NCBI GenBank assembly: GCA_964410585.1
Contig: CAYPFW010000004.1
Coordinates: 21,120 to 85,119, forward strand
DNA length: 64,000 nucleotides
Origin: an uncultured archaeon
GTDB taxonomy: Archaea; Aenigmatarchaeota; Aenigmatarchaeia; QMZP01; JACQNV01
Reading direction: 5' to 3'
Below the pieces are notes generated by a model, which was given only the letters and a program-made list of their open reading frames with translations, was not told the DNA's origin and made no database searches. How positions within the stretch are numbered: the first letter of the stretch is position 1; each line of letters begins with the position of its first letter. This document shows positions 37,988-46,587 of this stretch, in pieces. Made by a program: the position numbers and the translations under genes.

Positions 37988-39178
37988 TTAAAGATCATTC
38001 TGCGCGACGCCTGTTTTGATTGCTTCTTTTTTGACAGCTTGCGAAATTTCTTTGACAATGTTTTTGTCAAAAGGATTTGGTATAATCTTGTCCAAAGTTG
38101 GTTTTTGCACGCAGTCTGCTAAAGCATAAGCAGCTGCTAGTTTCATCTCAACATTTATTTTTGTTGCTCTACAATCCAAAGCTCCCCTGAAAATTCCTGG
38201 ATAGCCTAAAACATTGTTTATTTGGTTTGGGAAATCAGACCTGCCTGTCCCAACCACTTTCGCACCAGCCTTTTTGGCGACATCTGGCATTACTTCGGGT
38301 GTTGGGTTTGCCATTGCAAAAACAATAGGTTCCCTGTTCATTGATCTTATCATTTCCTCTGATACAATACCTGCCCGCGAAAGGCCTATGAAAACATCTA
38401 CACTCTCCAAGGCTTCTTTTAAGCCACCTTTTCTATTCTCCCTATTTGTTATCCTTGCAAGCTCTTTCTTGTATTCTTCTATGTCTTCCCTGTCTTTTGA
38501 AATTATTCCTTTTGAATCAACAACAATCAAATCTTTTACAGGTGAACAGATTTTTTTGTTCAAACCAAAACAAGTTAATAGCTTTGCCACAGCTGTGCCT
38601 GCTGGCCCTGCACCTGAAACAGAAACCTTTAATTCTGCCAAGTCCTTTTTCAAAACTTTCGAGGCATTCAAAAGCGCAGCTAAAACAACGATCGCTGTAC
38701 CATGTTGGTCATCGTGGAAAACAGGTATGCCAATGTCCTGCAAAGCATCTTCAATCTGGAAGCATCTGGGAGCGGATATGTCCTCTAAATTAATTCCAGA
38801 AAAGCTTGGAGATATTGTTTTTATCGCATCAATTATTTTCTCAGTGTCCTGTGTGCTCAAAATAATCGGATATGCATCTACATCAGCAAATTCTTTGAAC
38901 AAAATACATTTTCCCTCCATCACAGGCAAACCAGCCTGTGCACCAATATCGCCTAAACCAAGCACAGCTGACCCATCAGAAATAACAGCAACTGTATTGC
39001 ATACATTTGTGTATTTGCAGACCAAATCAGGATTTCTATGTATTTCCTTGCACGGCTCAGCAACTCCGGGAGTATAAGCTAGTTTCAAAGAATTGTGATC
39101 TATTTTTACTTTAGATTTAACTTCTAACTTCCCCTTTAATTTTTCGTGAAGAACAAGAGCCTCTCTTTCCAAAGACAT
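37988..39178 (-). CDS. NAD(P)-dependent malic enzyme
   Basis: AYTPGVAEPC, DGSAVLGLG, NLEDISAP, FHDDQHGT, TGRSDFPNQINN. Confidence 0.95.
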   Translation of the reverse strand: MSLEREALVLHEKLKGKLEVKSKVKIDHNSLKLAYTPGVAEPCKEIHRNPDLVCKYTNVCNTVAVISDGSAVLGLGDIGAQAGLPVMEGKCILFKEFADVDAYPIILSTQDTEKIIDAIKTISPSFSGINLEDISAPRCFQIEDALQDIGIPVFHDDQHGTAIVVLAALLNASKVLKKDLAELKVSVSGAGPAGTAVAKLLTCFGLNKKICSPVKDLIVVDSKGIISKDREDIEEYKKELARITNRENRKGGLKEALESVDVFIGLSRAGIVSEEMIRSMNREPIVFAMANPTPEVMPDVAKKAGAKVVGTGRSDFPNQINNVLGYPGIFRGALDCRATKINVEMKLAAAYALADCVQKPTLDKIIPNPFDKNIVKEISQAVKKEAIKTGVAQNDL

Positions 39179-39236
39179 AGGAATTATTGTTGAGCGGATA
39201 GATAAAGCTTATAATATTTACGCTCTGTATATTCCT

Positions 39237-40163
39237 ATGGAACCTATTAAGGACTTGTCGATCACCAAAAACACAACACTTGAAGAACTGGGAAAAGAAT
39301 ACTTGAAATCAGGTGGATTTGTAGCCAAGAAAATTGGTTCGGGAATACAAATCATGAAGCTGATGTTAACTGATTCCACAAACAGGTTTTTGTCTTTCCC
39401 AGCTGCGCCAATTGCAACAGGCACAAGAGGCTTGATAAAGGAGCTTGTGAAAAAAAACCTGTTTAATGTTTTGATCACAACTTGCGGAACCCTAGACCAT
39501 GATTTTGCGCGATTATGGAAAGATTATTACCACGGTAGTTTTAGCGCAGATGACAGAGAGCTCCATAAAAAGGGTGTGAATAGGCTTGGCAACATTTTTG
39601 TGCCAAATGAAAGCTACGGCGACATCATAGAAAAAAAACTCCAACCAATTTTGCAGGACATGTATGATTCAGGACTCACTGAATTAGCAACATATGAGTT
39701 TGTTTGGGAACTAGGAAAACGGTTAGAAAATGTCCCAAAAAAAGAGGAATCAATAATTTATTGGTGTTGGAAAAACAAAATTCCAATGGTTATACCAGGA
39801 ATCACAGACGGCGCATTTGGAACACAGATCATGTTGTTTATGCAGGAACACAAAAATTTCAAAATTGATGTTTTCAAAGATGAAAAATATTTGTCTGACT
39901 TCATGTTTGAGGATAAAAAATCTAGCGCTCTGATGATTGGTGGAGGCATAAGCAAACACCACACAATCTGGTGGAACCAGTTTAAAGGTGGTCTAGACTA
40001 CGCTGTTTACATAACAACAGCACCTGAGTGGGATGGAAGTTTGTCAGGCGCAAGGATTAGAGAAGGCATTTCATGGGGTAAGGTTAGAGAGGATGCCAAA
40101 TTTATAACAATAGAAGGCGACGCTACAATTATTTTACCTCTTTTAGTTGGGCCTTTCTTGTAA
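39237..40163 (+). CDS. dys: deoxyhypusine synthase
   Basis: NRLGNIFVP, GGGISKHH, DGSLSGA..EGISWGKV, GDATI. Confidence 0.95.
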   Translation: MEPIKDLSITKNTTLEELGKEYLKSGGFVAKKIGSGIQIMKLMLTDSTNRFLSFPAAPIATGTRGLIKELVKKNLFNVLITTCGTLDHDFARLWKDYYHGSFSADDRELHKKGVNRLGNIFVPNESYGDIIEKKLQPILQDMYDSGLTELATYEFVWELGKRLENVPKKEESIIYWCWKNKIPMVIPGITDGAFGTQIMLFMQEHKNFKIDVFKDEKYLSDFMFEDKKSSALMIGGGISKHHTIWWNQFKGGLDYAVYITTAPEWDGSLSGARIREGISWGKVREDAKFITIEGDATIILPLLVGPFL

Positions 40164-40293
40164 TTATCACAAATAAAATTGATTTTCCACAAAATTCCAC
40201 TTTTGATATTTTAAGTCATACTCTGACGAAAACTATTTAAAGCTTCGGTGCGATTAAATAATCAGTTTTACAAGTAACCTTTGGAGGTGCAAT

Positions 40294-40389
40294 ATGAATT
40301 TTGAAGATTTATACCCACCAATGATGGAAGAAGACGAAGAAGACGATGATTGGGGAGACGATGAAGAAGGCGAAGAGGAAGAAGAATAA
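40294..40389 (+). CDS. 31-aa highly acidic small protein (not in ORF track)
   Basis: ggaggtg SD, MNFEDLYPPMMEEDEEDDDWGDDEEGEEEEE*, T-rich terminator after the stop. Confidence 0.7.
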   Translation: MNFEDLYPPMMEEDEEDDDWGDDEEGEEEEE

Positions 40390-40452
40390 TTTTTAACTTC
40401 TTCTTTATTTTTTCTTTTTGATTTTATTTATATCGCTACACCAAAATAATAG

Positions 40453-41145
40453 ATGAAATATAAAAGGCTGCCACTTAGGATATTGATTACAGTTTTGGTT
40501 GCAATAGCTTTTTTTGATATTAAAAATCTCTATGCACACTTCTATTCATATTTAACAGGAAACATAATTACAGATGTAATAACAAAACAATGGCACATAG
40601 CTGTCATAAGCATAATTATTTTTATCGCATTTTTCCTTCCTCTATCATTTAGGCGAAAGGCTAAGTGGGCTGAATATGGATTGGTTAGCGCATTTTTTGT
40701 TTCGCTCTTTGTGGAGATGTATGGCATTCCACTAACAATTATTTTTGCATCAAAGTATTTCTACACAACAAATATATCCTTACCAAATGTCATTCAGTTT
40801 AATGCTTTTGGTGTTGGGTTTGGGATGGATTTCGGAATGGTATACGGCCTGATCTTGATTTTAATGGGGATGATATTGATTGGTTTCGGTTGGATAACAC
40901 TTTATAAAAATGTTAAAACTCAGACAGTTGTGACAAAGGGTATATATTCATATTCCAGACATCCTCAATATCTTGGTTTCATTTTGATAATTTTGGGCTG
41001 GTTTGTTGCTTGGCCAACAATATTAACGCTTATATTTTCCCCAATACTGATCTACAAATATATTTCAGTTTCCAGAAAGGAGGAAAAGGAAGTTGAGTCT
41101 TCAGAGTATAAAAAATATAGACAAAATGTACCCTTTTTTGTTTGA
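40453..41145 (+). CDS. isoprenylcysteine carboxyl methyltransferase / PEMT family membrane protein
   Basis: FVEMYGIPLT, VTKGIYSYSRHPQY, EEKE..YRQNVPFF. Confidence 0.85.
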   Translation: MKYKRLPLRILITVLVAIAFFDIKNLYAHFYSYLTGNIITDVITKQWHIAVISIIIFIAFFLPLSFRRKAKWAEYGLVSAFFVSLFVEMYGIPLTIIFASKYFYTTNISLPNVIQFNAFGVGFGMDFGMVYGLILILMGMILIGFGWITLYKNVKTQTVVTKGIYSYSRHPQYLGFILIILGWFVAWPTILTLIFSPILIYKYISVSRKEEKEVESSEYKKYRQNVPFFV

Positions 41146-41151
41146 TATTAT

Positions 41152-42246
41152 ATGGTAGAGGAATTAACAGGAGTTGCAAGGGAAATTGCTGATATAGAAG
41201 AAGAATTAGCACGGACAAAATATAACAAAGCAACACAGGGCCATATTGGTAAACTAAAGGCAAAGCTTGCAAACCTGAAAGACCAGCAACAAATAAAAAG
41301 TGGCGGAGCTCATGGATATGGATATGGTCTGAAGAAAACGGGTGATGCAACAATCCTTATGGTGGGCTTTCCATCTGTTGGAAAAAGCACACTTCTAAAT
41401 GCGTTGACAAGAGCAGATTCAAAAGTAGGTGCATATGATTTCACAACGATAGATGTTGTCCCTGGAATGCTTGAATTCAATGAGGCCCACATACAAGTTT
41501 TGGACTTACCGGGATTGATAGAGGGAGCGAGCACAGGTGCAGGAAGGGGTAAAGAGGTTTTAGCTGTTGCGAGGATTGCTGATCTTGTTATTTTGGTTTC
41601 AAGCGCCTCAAAAGCTGAAAAGGAATTAGATGTTATTAAAAAAGAGCTCATTAATGCAAATTTTAGGTTAGATCAAAAACCACCTGAAATAAAGATTGTG
41701 AAAAAAGCAACAGGCGGCGTGTCTGTTGGATCAACAATTAGGCTCAAAAACTTGACAAAGAAAACAATTCAAGAAATTCTTTCTGAGTTTAGGATCCATA
41801 ATGCAGATGTTGTTTTGAGAGAGGATCCAGATATAGATAGATTTATAGATAGTTTGAAAACAAACAGGGTTTATGTTCCTTCTCTTGTTGTTGTAAACAA
41901 ATGTGACTTAATCGATGCACAGCGGGCACAGGAATTGAGGAAGACATTCCCTGGGTGTGTTTTGATTTCTGCTCAACAAAGAAAAGGTATAGAAGAACTA
42001 AAAACAAAGGTTTGGGAAAAACTAAAGCTAATTAGGATTTATATGAAACCTGTTGGTAAAAATCCTGATATGAGAGAACCATATATCATGAAGGTTGGGA
42101 CAACTGTTGGTGATATTGCAAAAAAAGTGAATAAAACAGAAGAGCTGAAGTACGCCAGAGTTTGGGGCTCTTCAAAATTCGCTGGACAGTCACTGGGTGA
42201 AGATCATAAATTGAAAGACAAGGATATTGTAGAGTTACATTTTTAG
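41152..42246 (+). CDS. DRG/Rbg family GTPase with TGS domain
   Basis: TKYNKATQGHIG, GFPSVGKS, YDFTT, DLPG, NKCD. Confidence 0.95.
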   Translation: MVEELTGVAREIADIEEELARTKYNKATQGHIGKLKAKLANLKDQQQIKSGGAHGYGYGLKKTGDATILMVGFPSVGKSTLLNALTRADSKVGAYDFTTIDVVPGMLEFNEAHIQVLDLPGLIEGASTGAGRGKEVLAVARIADLVILVSSASKAEKELDVIKKELINANFRLDQKPPEIKIVKKATGGVSVGSTIRLKNLTKKTIQEILSEFRIHNADVVLREDPDIDRFIDSLKTNRVYVPSLVVVNKCDLIDAQRAQELRKTFPGCVLISAQQRKGIEELKTKVWEKLKLIRIYMKPVGKNPDMREPYIMKVGTTVGDIAKKVNKTEELKYARVWGSSKFAGQSLGEDHKLKDKDIVELHF

Positions 42247-43263
42247 TTATTGATTTCTGCTACAGCCTATCTTCACACCGTTTTCCAACATTTCTGTTTT
42301 GAAATCAACGTCTAAAAACTTTTTAATCACCCACATATTTGTCTCTGCATGTTTTGTGAGCTCCGGTGCAATGAATTCTGATTTGCTCCTTGCCAAAGCA
42401 AGGAAGGGAAGGATTTGATCTGACATCCATTCATCTAAGGTAGCGACTGAATCTATTTGTTTTTTGAGCAGAAGAGCTGCTTCCTCTCCGACTTTTTCAG
42501 CTGATTTGTTTCTTTCGCCAAGTGCGCTCGAGCCAAGGATACAATTCTCGAATTTTGATGCAATTGTTATAGATGAACCAATTGAAAACGAATCAACATA
42601 TTTTGTTTTGCCTTTTAGAGGAATTATTTTTTCGGCTACCTGTAGCTGTCTTTCAGCAACTTTGCTAGAAACAAGATTTTGGTTAGCATTGCTCCATGCT
42701 TCTGTTTCAACTAATTTTCCTCTTTCCAAAATGTTCAGAGGCTTTAGTTTTCCTGGATGAATTTTTATTTTTATTTCTCCGCCTCCGCGGGGAAAATAGC
42801 CATACCTCAAAGTTTCCGATTCAGTTTTTATTCCCATTTTCTCTAGGAACTCAGAAAAAACATGGCGAAAATATCCAGTAGTGGGCGACCAAGCAACATG
42901 GGTGCCTCCTTTTATCTCAAAACAAATTTCTTTTTCAGCATGTATTGCAGGTATCATCAAACTCTGCAAAACCAAGGTGACTGCGCCCGCTGTTCCAACA
43001 TCAAATTTGTAAGAGCCTGATTTTATTTTTCCCGGAATAAATTCAACCTCAGTTGATTTCAGCGAAGCGCCTTTCAATTCACCAGAACAAATTTCAGCAA
43101 CTGCTCTTATTCCAGCCAAATGCTGCGCCTGCAATCCTGGGTTTTGACGTCCTTTGCGTATGTTGAAAATTTTTACAGGCTTTCCTGTAACAGCAGACAA
43201 ACCAATTGCTGTGCGGATGATTTGGCCACCGCCCTCACCTTGAGAGCCGTCTATCGGGATCAT
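42247..43263 (-). CDS. rtcA: RNA 3'-terminal phosphate cyclase
   Basis: GEGGGQIIR, PGLQAQH, GGTHVAWSP, SDQILP, catalytic His in TKHAETN. Confidence 0.95.
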   Translation of the reverse strand: MIPIDGSQGEGGGQIIRTAIGLSAVTGKPVKIFNIRKGRQNPGLQAQHLAGIRAVAEICSGELKGASLKSTEVEFIPGKIKSGSYKFDVGTAGAVTLVLQSLMIPAIHAEKEICFEIKGGTHVAWSPTTGYFRHVFSEFLEKMGIKTESETLRYGYFPRGGGEIKIKIHPGKLKPLNILERGKLVETEAWSNANQNLVSSKVAERQLQVAEKIIPLKGKTKYVDSFSIGSSITIASKFENCILGSSALGERNKSAEKVGEEAALLLKKQIDSVATLDEWMSDQILPFLALARSKSEFIAPELTKHAETNMWVIKKFLDVDFKTEMLENGVKIGCSRNQ

Positions 43264-43919
43264 ACTGAATAAGAAAGTACATCACCTTTTTTATAGTGAA
43301 AGACTAAAACAGCCCCACTTCTAACATTTATTGTTACTGACTGTCCAATTAACCTATTTCTGAGAAATCGTCCAACTCCCACTGGAATGTCTGTTTCAAC
43401 TTCCCACTTTAATCCAGCTGATCTAACACCATCGGCCTCATGACCAAAAGCTGCTAGAGAAATTATGTCACCTGGATTTCCTGATATACTTAACTCATTT
43501 CCATTAGAAACAACATAAATATCTTGTCTAACGTCTCTCAAAACAGCTCGACCTGTTGATTTATACAAGATGCCCAAATTTCCTAAAAAATGGTCAGCTT
43601 CTTCTGCTTTTGTTAAAGCTCCATATATATTTATTCTGTTTTCAGGTCTTCTTTTCAAAGCTTCTTGGACAGCTAACTCACCGTCTGTAGAATCTTTGTC
43701 AGAAGGATGTCTAATCTTCTCCTTTGATTGTACAGAATCAAAATCAGAACTGTCTCCATCACCTATTAATAGATCTGGAACAACACCCAAACTATTCAGA
43801 AAAACAACACCACCATCTGCTGCTATTACATAGTCAGAGGCCTCAATATGCCTTCTGTAAAAATCTAGATGTCTTCTATTGTATTTTCCGTTTAGAAAAA
43901 TTGCTGTTATTTTTTGCAT
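43260..43919 (-). CDS. thiamine pyrophosphokinase
   Basis: AADGG, IGDGDS, DKDSTDGELA, DHFLGN, GLKW. Confidence 0.88.
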   Translation of the reverse strand: MQKITAIFLNGKYNRRHLDFYRRHIEASDYVIAADGGVVFLNSLGVVPDLLIGDGDSSDFDSVQSKEKIRHPSDKDSTDGELAVQEALKRRPENRINIYGALTKAEEADHFLGNLGILYKSTGRAVLRDVRQDIYVVSNGNELSISGNPGDIISLAAFGHEADGVRSAGLKWEVETDIPVGVGRFLRNRLIGQSVTINVRSGAVLVFHYKKGDVLSYSV

Positions 43920-43959
43920 AAATAGTTAAACAGAATAAGATTTTTAAAGAGAATCCAAA

Positions 43960-45204
43960 CTAAATTTTGATAGTTTCCCCGTTTTTCGCCAAAACAGCAT
44001 TTTGTCCCTTTGATTTTAGTTCTTCAACAAAATCTGGTATTGAATCTCCATGCACAGGTATGATTTTTCCTGGGTTCACTTTTTCAATAAAACCAAAAAG
44101 TTCATCCCTTCCTGCATGCGCAGAAAAATCCATAAAATTGATTTGCATTTTTGGCTCTATTTGAGCACCATCTATGTTTATTGTTTTTTTGTCCATAAGC
44201 ATCCTTCCAGGCGTGCCTTCTACTTGGTACCCAGTCATCACTAAAGAACAATCTTCTCTTTTGTACAAACTTCTAATATAATTATTAATTGGTCCACCAG
44301 TTAGCATGCCAGATGTTGTTATAATTATGCATGGGTTTTTCACAATATCTCTTCTGTGTTTTGGGTCAACTATTTTAGCTCTTCCAAAAGCTTTTTTAAG
44401 AAGATCATGATCTTTTACAGAATCCGGATTATCTAAAATCAATTGCGTTGCAGTCCCACCCATCCCATCAATGAAAACAGGGAATCCCAAATCCCAAACT
44501 AAGGTTAAGAGCTCTTGTGTCCTTCCAACTGCAAAAGCAGGCAACACAACAACACCATCATTGAAAACAACTTCCTGGACATGTTCCCTTAATTGCTCCC
44601 CAAGTTTTTTTCTATCTGGGTGATTTTTGTAAGTATAGGTTGCTTCAACCAAAAGCACGTCAATGTCTTTAAAGTGAGTATCGGCTTTGTTCATCAAAGT
44701 TGTTTCGGAAAATTTTGCATCACCTGTATATAGGATTCTTTTTCCGGCTGTTTCTAAAAGAATCATCGAAGATCCAGGAATATGCCCAGCGTCTCTCAAT
44801 TCAGCGTGCGCCTCACCTATTTTGATTTTTTGTTTGAAGTCAAGGATCTCTGCATATTTTTCAAATTTTTCTATATCGGTTGGAAGAAAATAAGGTGTCT
44901 TACCCTGCATAGTTTGAACCTTTATTGCATCATACAAAAGCAGGCGCGATAAATCTTTTGTTGTTTTTGTCAAGTATGTGCTTTGGTTAAACCCTCTGTT
45001 GTACAATTCTGGAAGCATGCCTAAATGGTCTAGGTGTGCATGGGATACAAACATACCATCCAAACTTGTCGGTGGCTGCTGAGGAATAAGATACTGTTGC
45101 ACATTCAAACCATATTCTAAAAGGAATTTTTCTATTCCACTGTCTATCAAAAAAGCTGCTCGACCAACTTCGTTTGCTCCACCGAGGAATTTAATTTCGA
45201 CCAT
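43960..45204 (-). CDS. MBL-fold beta-CASP ribonuclease
   Basis: GGANEVG, SHAHLDH, AGHIPGS, FAVGRTQE, FSAHAG, PVHG; ATG 45204. Confidence 0.92.
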   Translation of the reverse strand: MVEIKFLGGANEVGRAAFLIDSGIEKFLLEYGLNVQQYLIPQQPPTSLDGMFVSHAHLDHLGMLPELYNRGFNQSTYLTKTTKDLSRLLLYDAIKVQTMQGKTPYFLPTDIEKFEKYAEILDFKQKIKIGEAHAELRDAGHIPGSSMILLETAGKRILYTGDAKFSETTLMNKADTHFKDIDVLLVEATYTYKNHPDRKKLGEQLREHVQEVVFNDGVVVLPAFAVGRTQELLTLVWDLGFPVFIDGMGGTATQLILDNPDSVKDHDLLKKAFGRAKIVDPKHRRDIVKNPCIIITTSGMLTGGPINNYIRSLYKREDCSLVMTGYQVEGTPGRMLMDKKTINIDGAQIEPKMQINFMDFSAHAGRDELFGFIEKVNPGKIIPVHGDSIPDFVEELKSKGQNAVLAKNGETIKI

Positions 45205-45346
45205 ATTATATTTAATTCTACTATTAAACAACACATGGGAATAAAAAGACATGTGTACCTGTCCACTGGTTTTATAAATTATGATTTCAAATATGTAACA
45301 TGAAGACAGCAAAACTGGAAAGTGGTGATATGACGGACTACGATTA

Positions 45347-45724
45347 TTGCTATCAGGTGAAAGAGCAGGACTGGAAATTGGCTCGGAGAACATCCTTAGA
45401 GCAATCTTTCTGCGAGCCTTCAACAAAAACCAGCAACTTATTTTGTTAGAAGTAGGACGAAACTCATCGCTTACTACAACTTCTCTCTTGGAAAAAATTT
45501 CTAAAAACCAAAAAACTTCGCCTTCTACTTTAAAGTTAAATGCAAAGATATTGAGAGATTTAGGTTTAATAAAATCTGATTTTTGTCAGCCACTTAAACT
45601 AACCGATACTGGAAAGTTTGTTCTTGGTGTTTTATCCCAAAATAGTGTAAATGGCAGCACAGTTGGCCGTAACCCAACAAGTTCTGGTTCAAATCCAGAT
45701 ATTGGGATTAGGAGGCTTTTATGA
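45347..45724 (+). CDS. winged-HTH DNA-binding protein; start uncertain (possible frameshift from ATG 45300); 3' end reads through a tRNA-like element
   Basis: TTTSLLEKIS..SPSTLKLNAKILRDLGLI..LKLTDTGKFV; stop overlaps next ATG (ATGA). Confidence 0.7.
   Translation: MLSGERAGLEIGSENILRAIFLRAFNKNQQLILLEVGRNSSLTTTSLLEKISKNQKTSPSTLKLNAKILRDLGLIKSDFCQPLKLTDTGKFVLGVLSQNSVNGSTVGRNPTSSGSNPDIGIRRLL
45636..45707 (+). tRNA. non-canonical tRNA-Tyr(GTA)-like element (C33, A6-A67 mismatch)
   Basis: CCCAAAA TA GTGT AAATGGCA GCAC A GTTGG CC GTA AC CCAAC AAGT TCTGG TTCAAAT CCAGA TATTGGG A; C1-G72/A73 are archaeal Tyr identity elements. Confidence 0.8.
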
Positions 45725-46587
45725 AAGATCTCCTAGAAGTTTCTAGAACAGAGCCTTTGATAAAAGAAGTTGTAGTTTCTGATTTGTCGCCTTCTTGTAA
45801 TTTGATGCTTGGCATAGGCTTGGCTAATTGCAAAGTTAGCGATGGCCTCCCTTTTGATAGCTTAGGAATGGTTTTTGTGGCAGAGTTTTTGAAGCGTGAA
45901 TTAAACCTAGGCAAAAACTACTTGTTGATTGCAGATAGCTGTGCACTTCAGAATGGAGTAGACAAAGAGCAACTAAATAGACTTGCTCAAAAGGAAAAGG
46001 CGATTTTCGAACGTATTGTAGACCAATTTGAAAACTGGGAGATATTTAGGGCTTCAGAACTTGAAGAAGGAAACCGGGAATTTGATGAAATTTTGGATAG
46101 TGTAAGAAGAACGCGCGTTCCTGAAAAATACAGACAACTTCAAGATAGAAACAGGGAACCATTCCCAAATGAATATGTTTCAAAACAGCTTTCTGAAATG
46201 CGTTTACTGAGGACTAGATCTGATACAAAAATTAAAGTTGGATGGAAGATGCCCGGATCCACATTTGATGAACGTGTTTTTGATTCGCTATACACTGAGA
46301 TTTTTGGACAAGATATGAGCTTTGTGTATGTTGAATGTGGTAAGACTTTGAACCCAGAAAAACCAAATGCACCGCCATATTTGTCTGGGAACTCTAGAGA
46401 AAGGATTATACTTGACGTAGATGAAAAAGTTGTAGAAAAAGTTGAACTATCTGAAGAGAAGGCAACGAAAGATTACAGAGCTTTCTTAGGTAGGATTAGC
46501 GGACTATACAAAAAATTAATCTGCGGTTTCACTGCAGAGGAAACTGCTCAGAAAATAATAGACAGGGTGTGTTATGGAATTGTTTAG
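45721..46587 (+). CDS. class Ic aaRS catalytic-domain paralog (TyrRS/TrpRS/CDPS-like) lacking HIGH and KMSKS
   Basis: colinear similarity to the adjacent TyrRS: LLIADSCALQN~LWLADWFAWIN, ENWEIFRASE~ENVEYVWASD, YVSKQLSEM~YPTMQTTDI, DERVF~DQRRA; aggagg SD. Confidence 0.65.
   Translation: MKDLLEVSRTEPLIKEVVVSDLSPSCNLMLGIGLANCKVSDGLPFDSLGMVFVAEFLKRELNLGKNYLLIADSCALQNGVDKEQLNRLAQKEKAIFERIVDQFENWEIFRASELEEGNREFDEILDSVRRTRVPEKYRQLQDRNREPFPNEYVSKQLSEMRLLRTRSDTKIKVGWKMPGSTFDERVFDSLYTEIFGQDMSFVYVECGKTLNPEKPNAPPYLSGNSRERIILDVDEKVVEKVELSEEKATKDYRAFLGRISGLYKKLICGFTAEETAQKIIDRVCYGIV

Noticed and set aside
38214-39077. 287-aa plus-strand ORF
   Set aside because: Antisense shadow of the malic enzyme gene, no motifs
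45350-45375. Riboswitch-like look of tatcaggtgaaagagcaggac
   Set aside because: Could not build a SAM-I or glycine aptamer fold; better explained as coding sequence (SGERAG)
45205-45426. N-terminal extension of the beta-CASP ORF
   Set aside because: Family homology starts at MVEIKFLGG (45204); the extension crosses the divergent promoter and HTH gene
45636-45707. tRNA-Thr(CGT) call
   Set aside because: The GTTGG/CCAAC stem gives loop CC-GTA-AC, centring GTA; C1-G72/A73 fit Tyr
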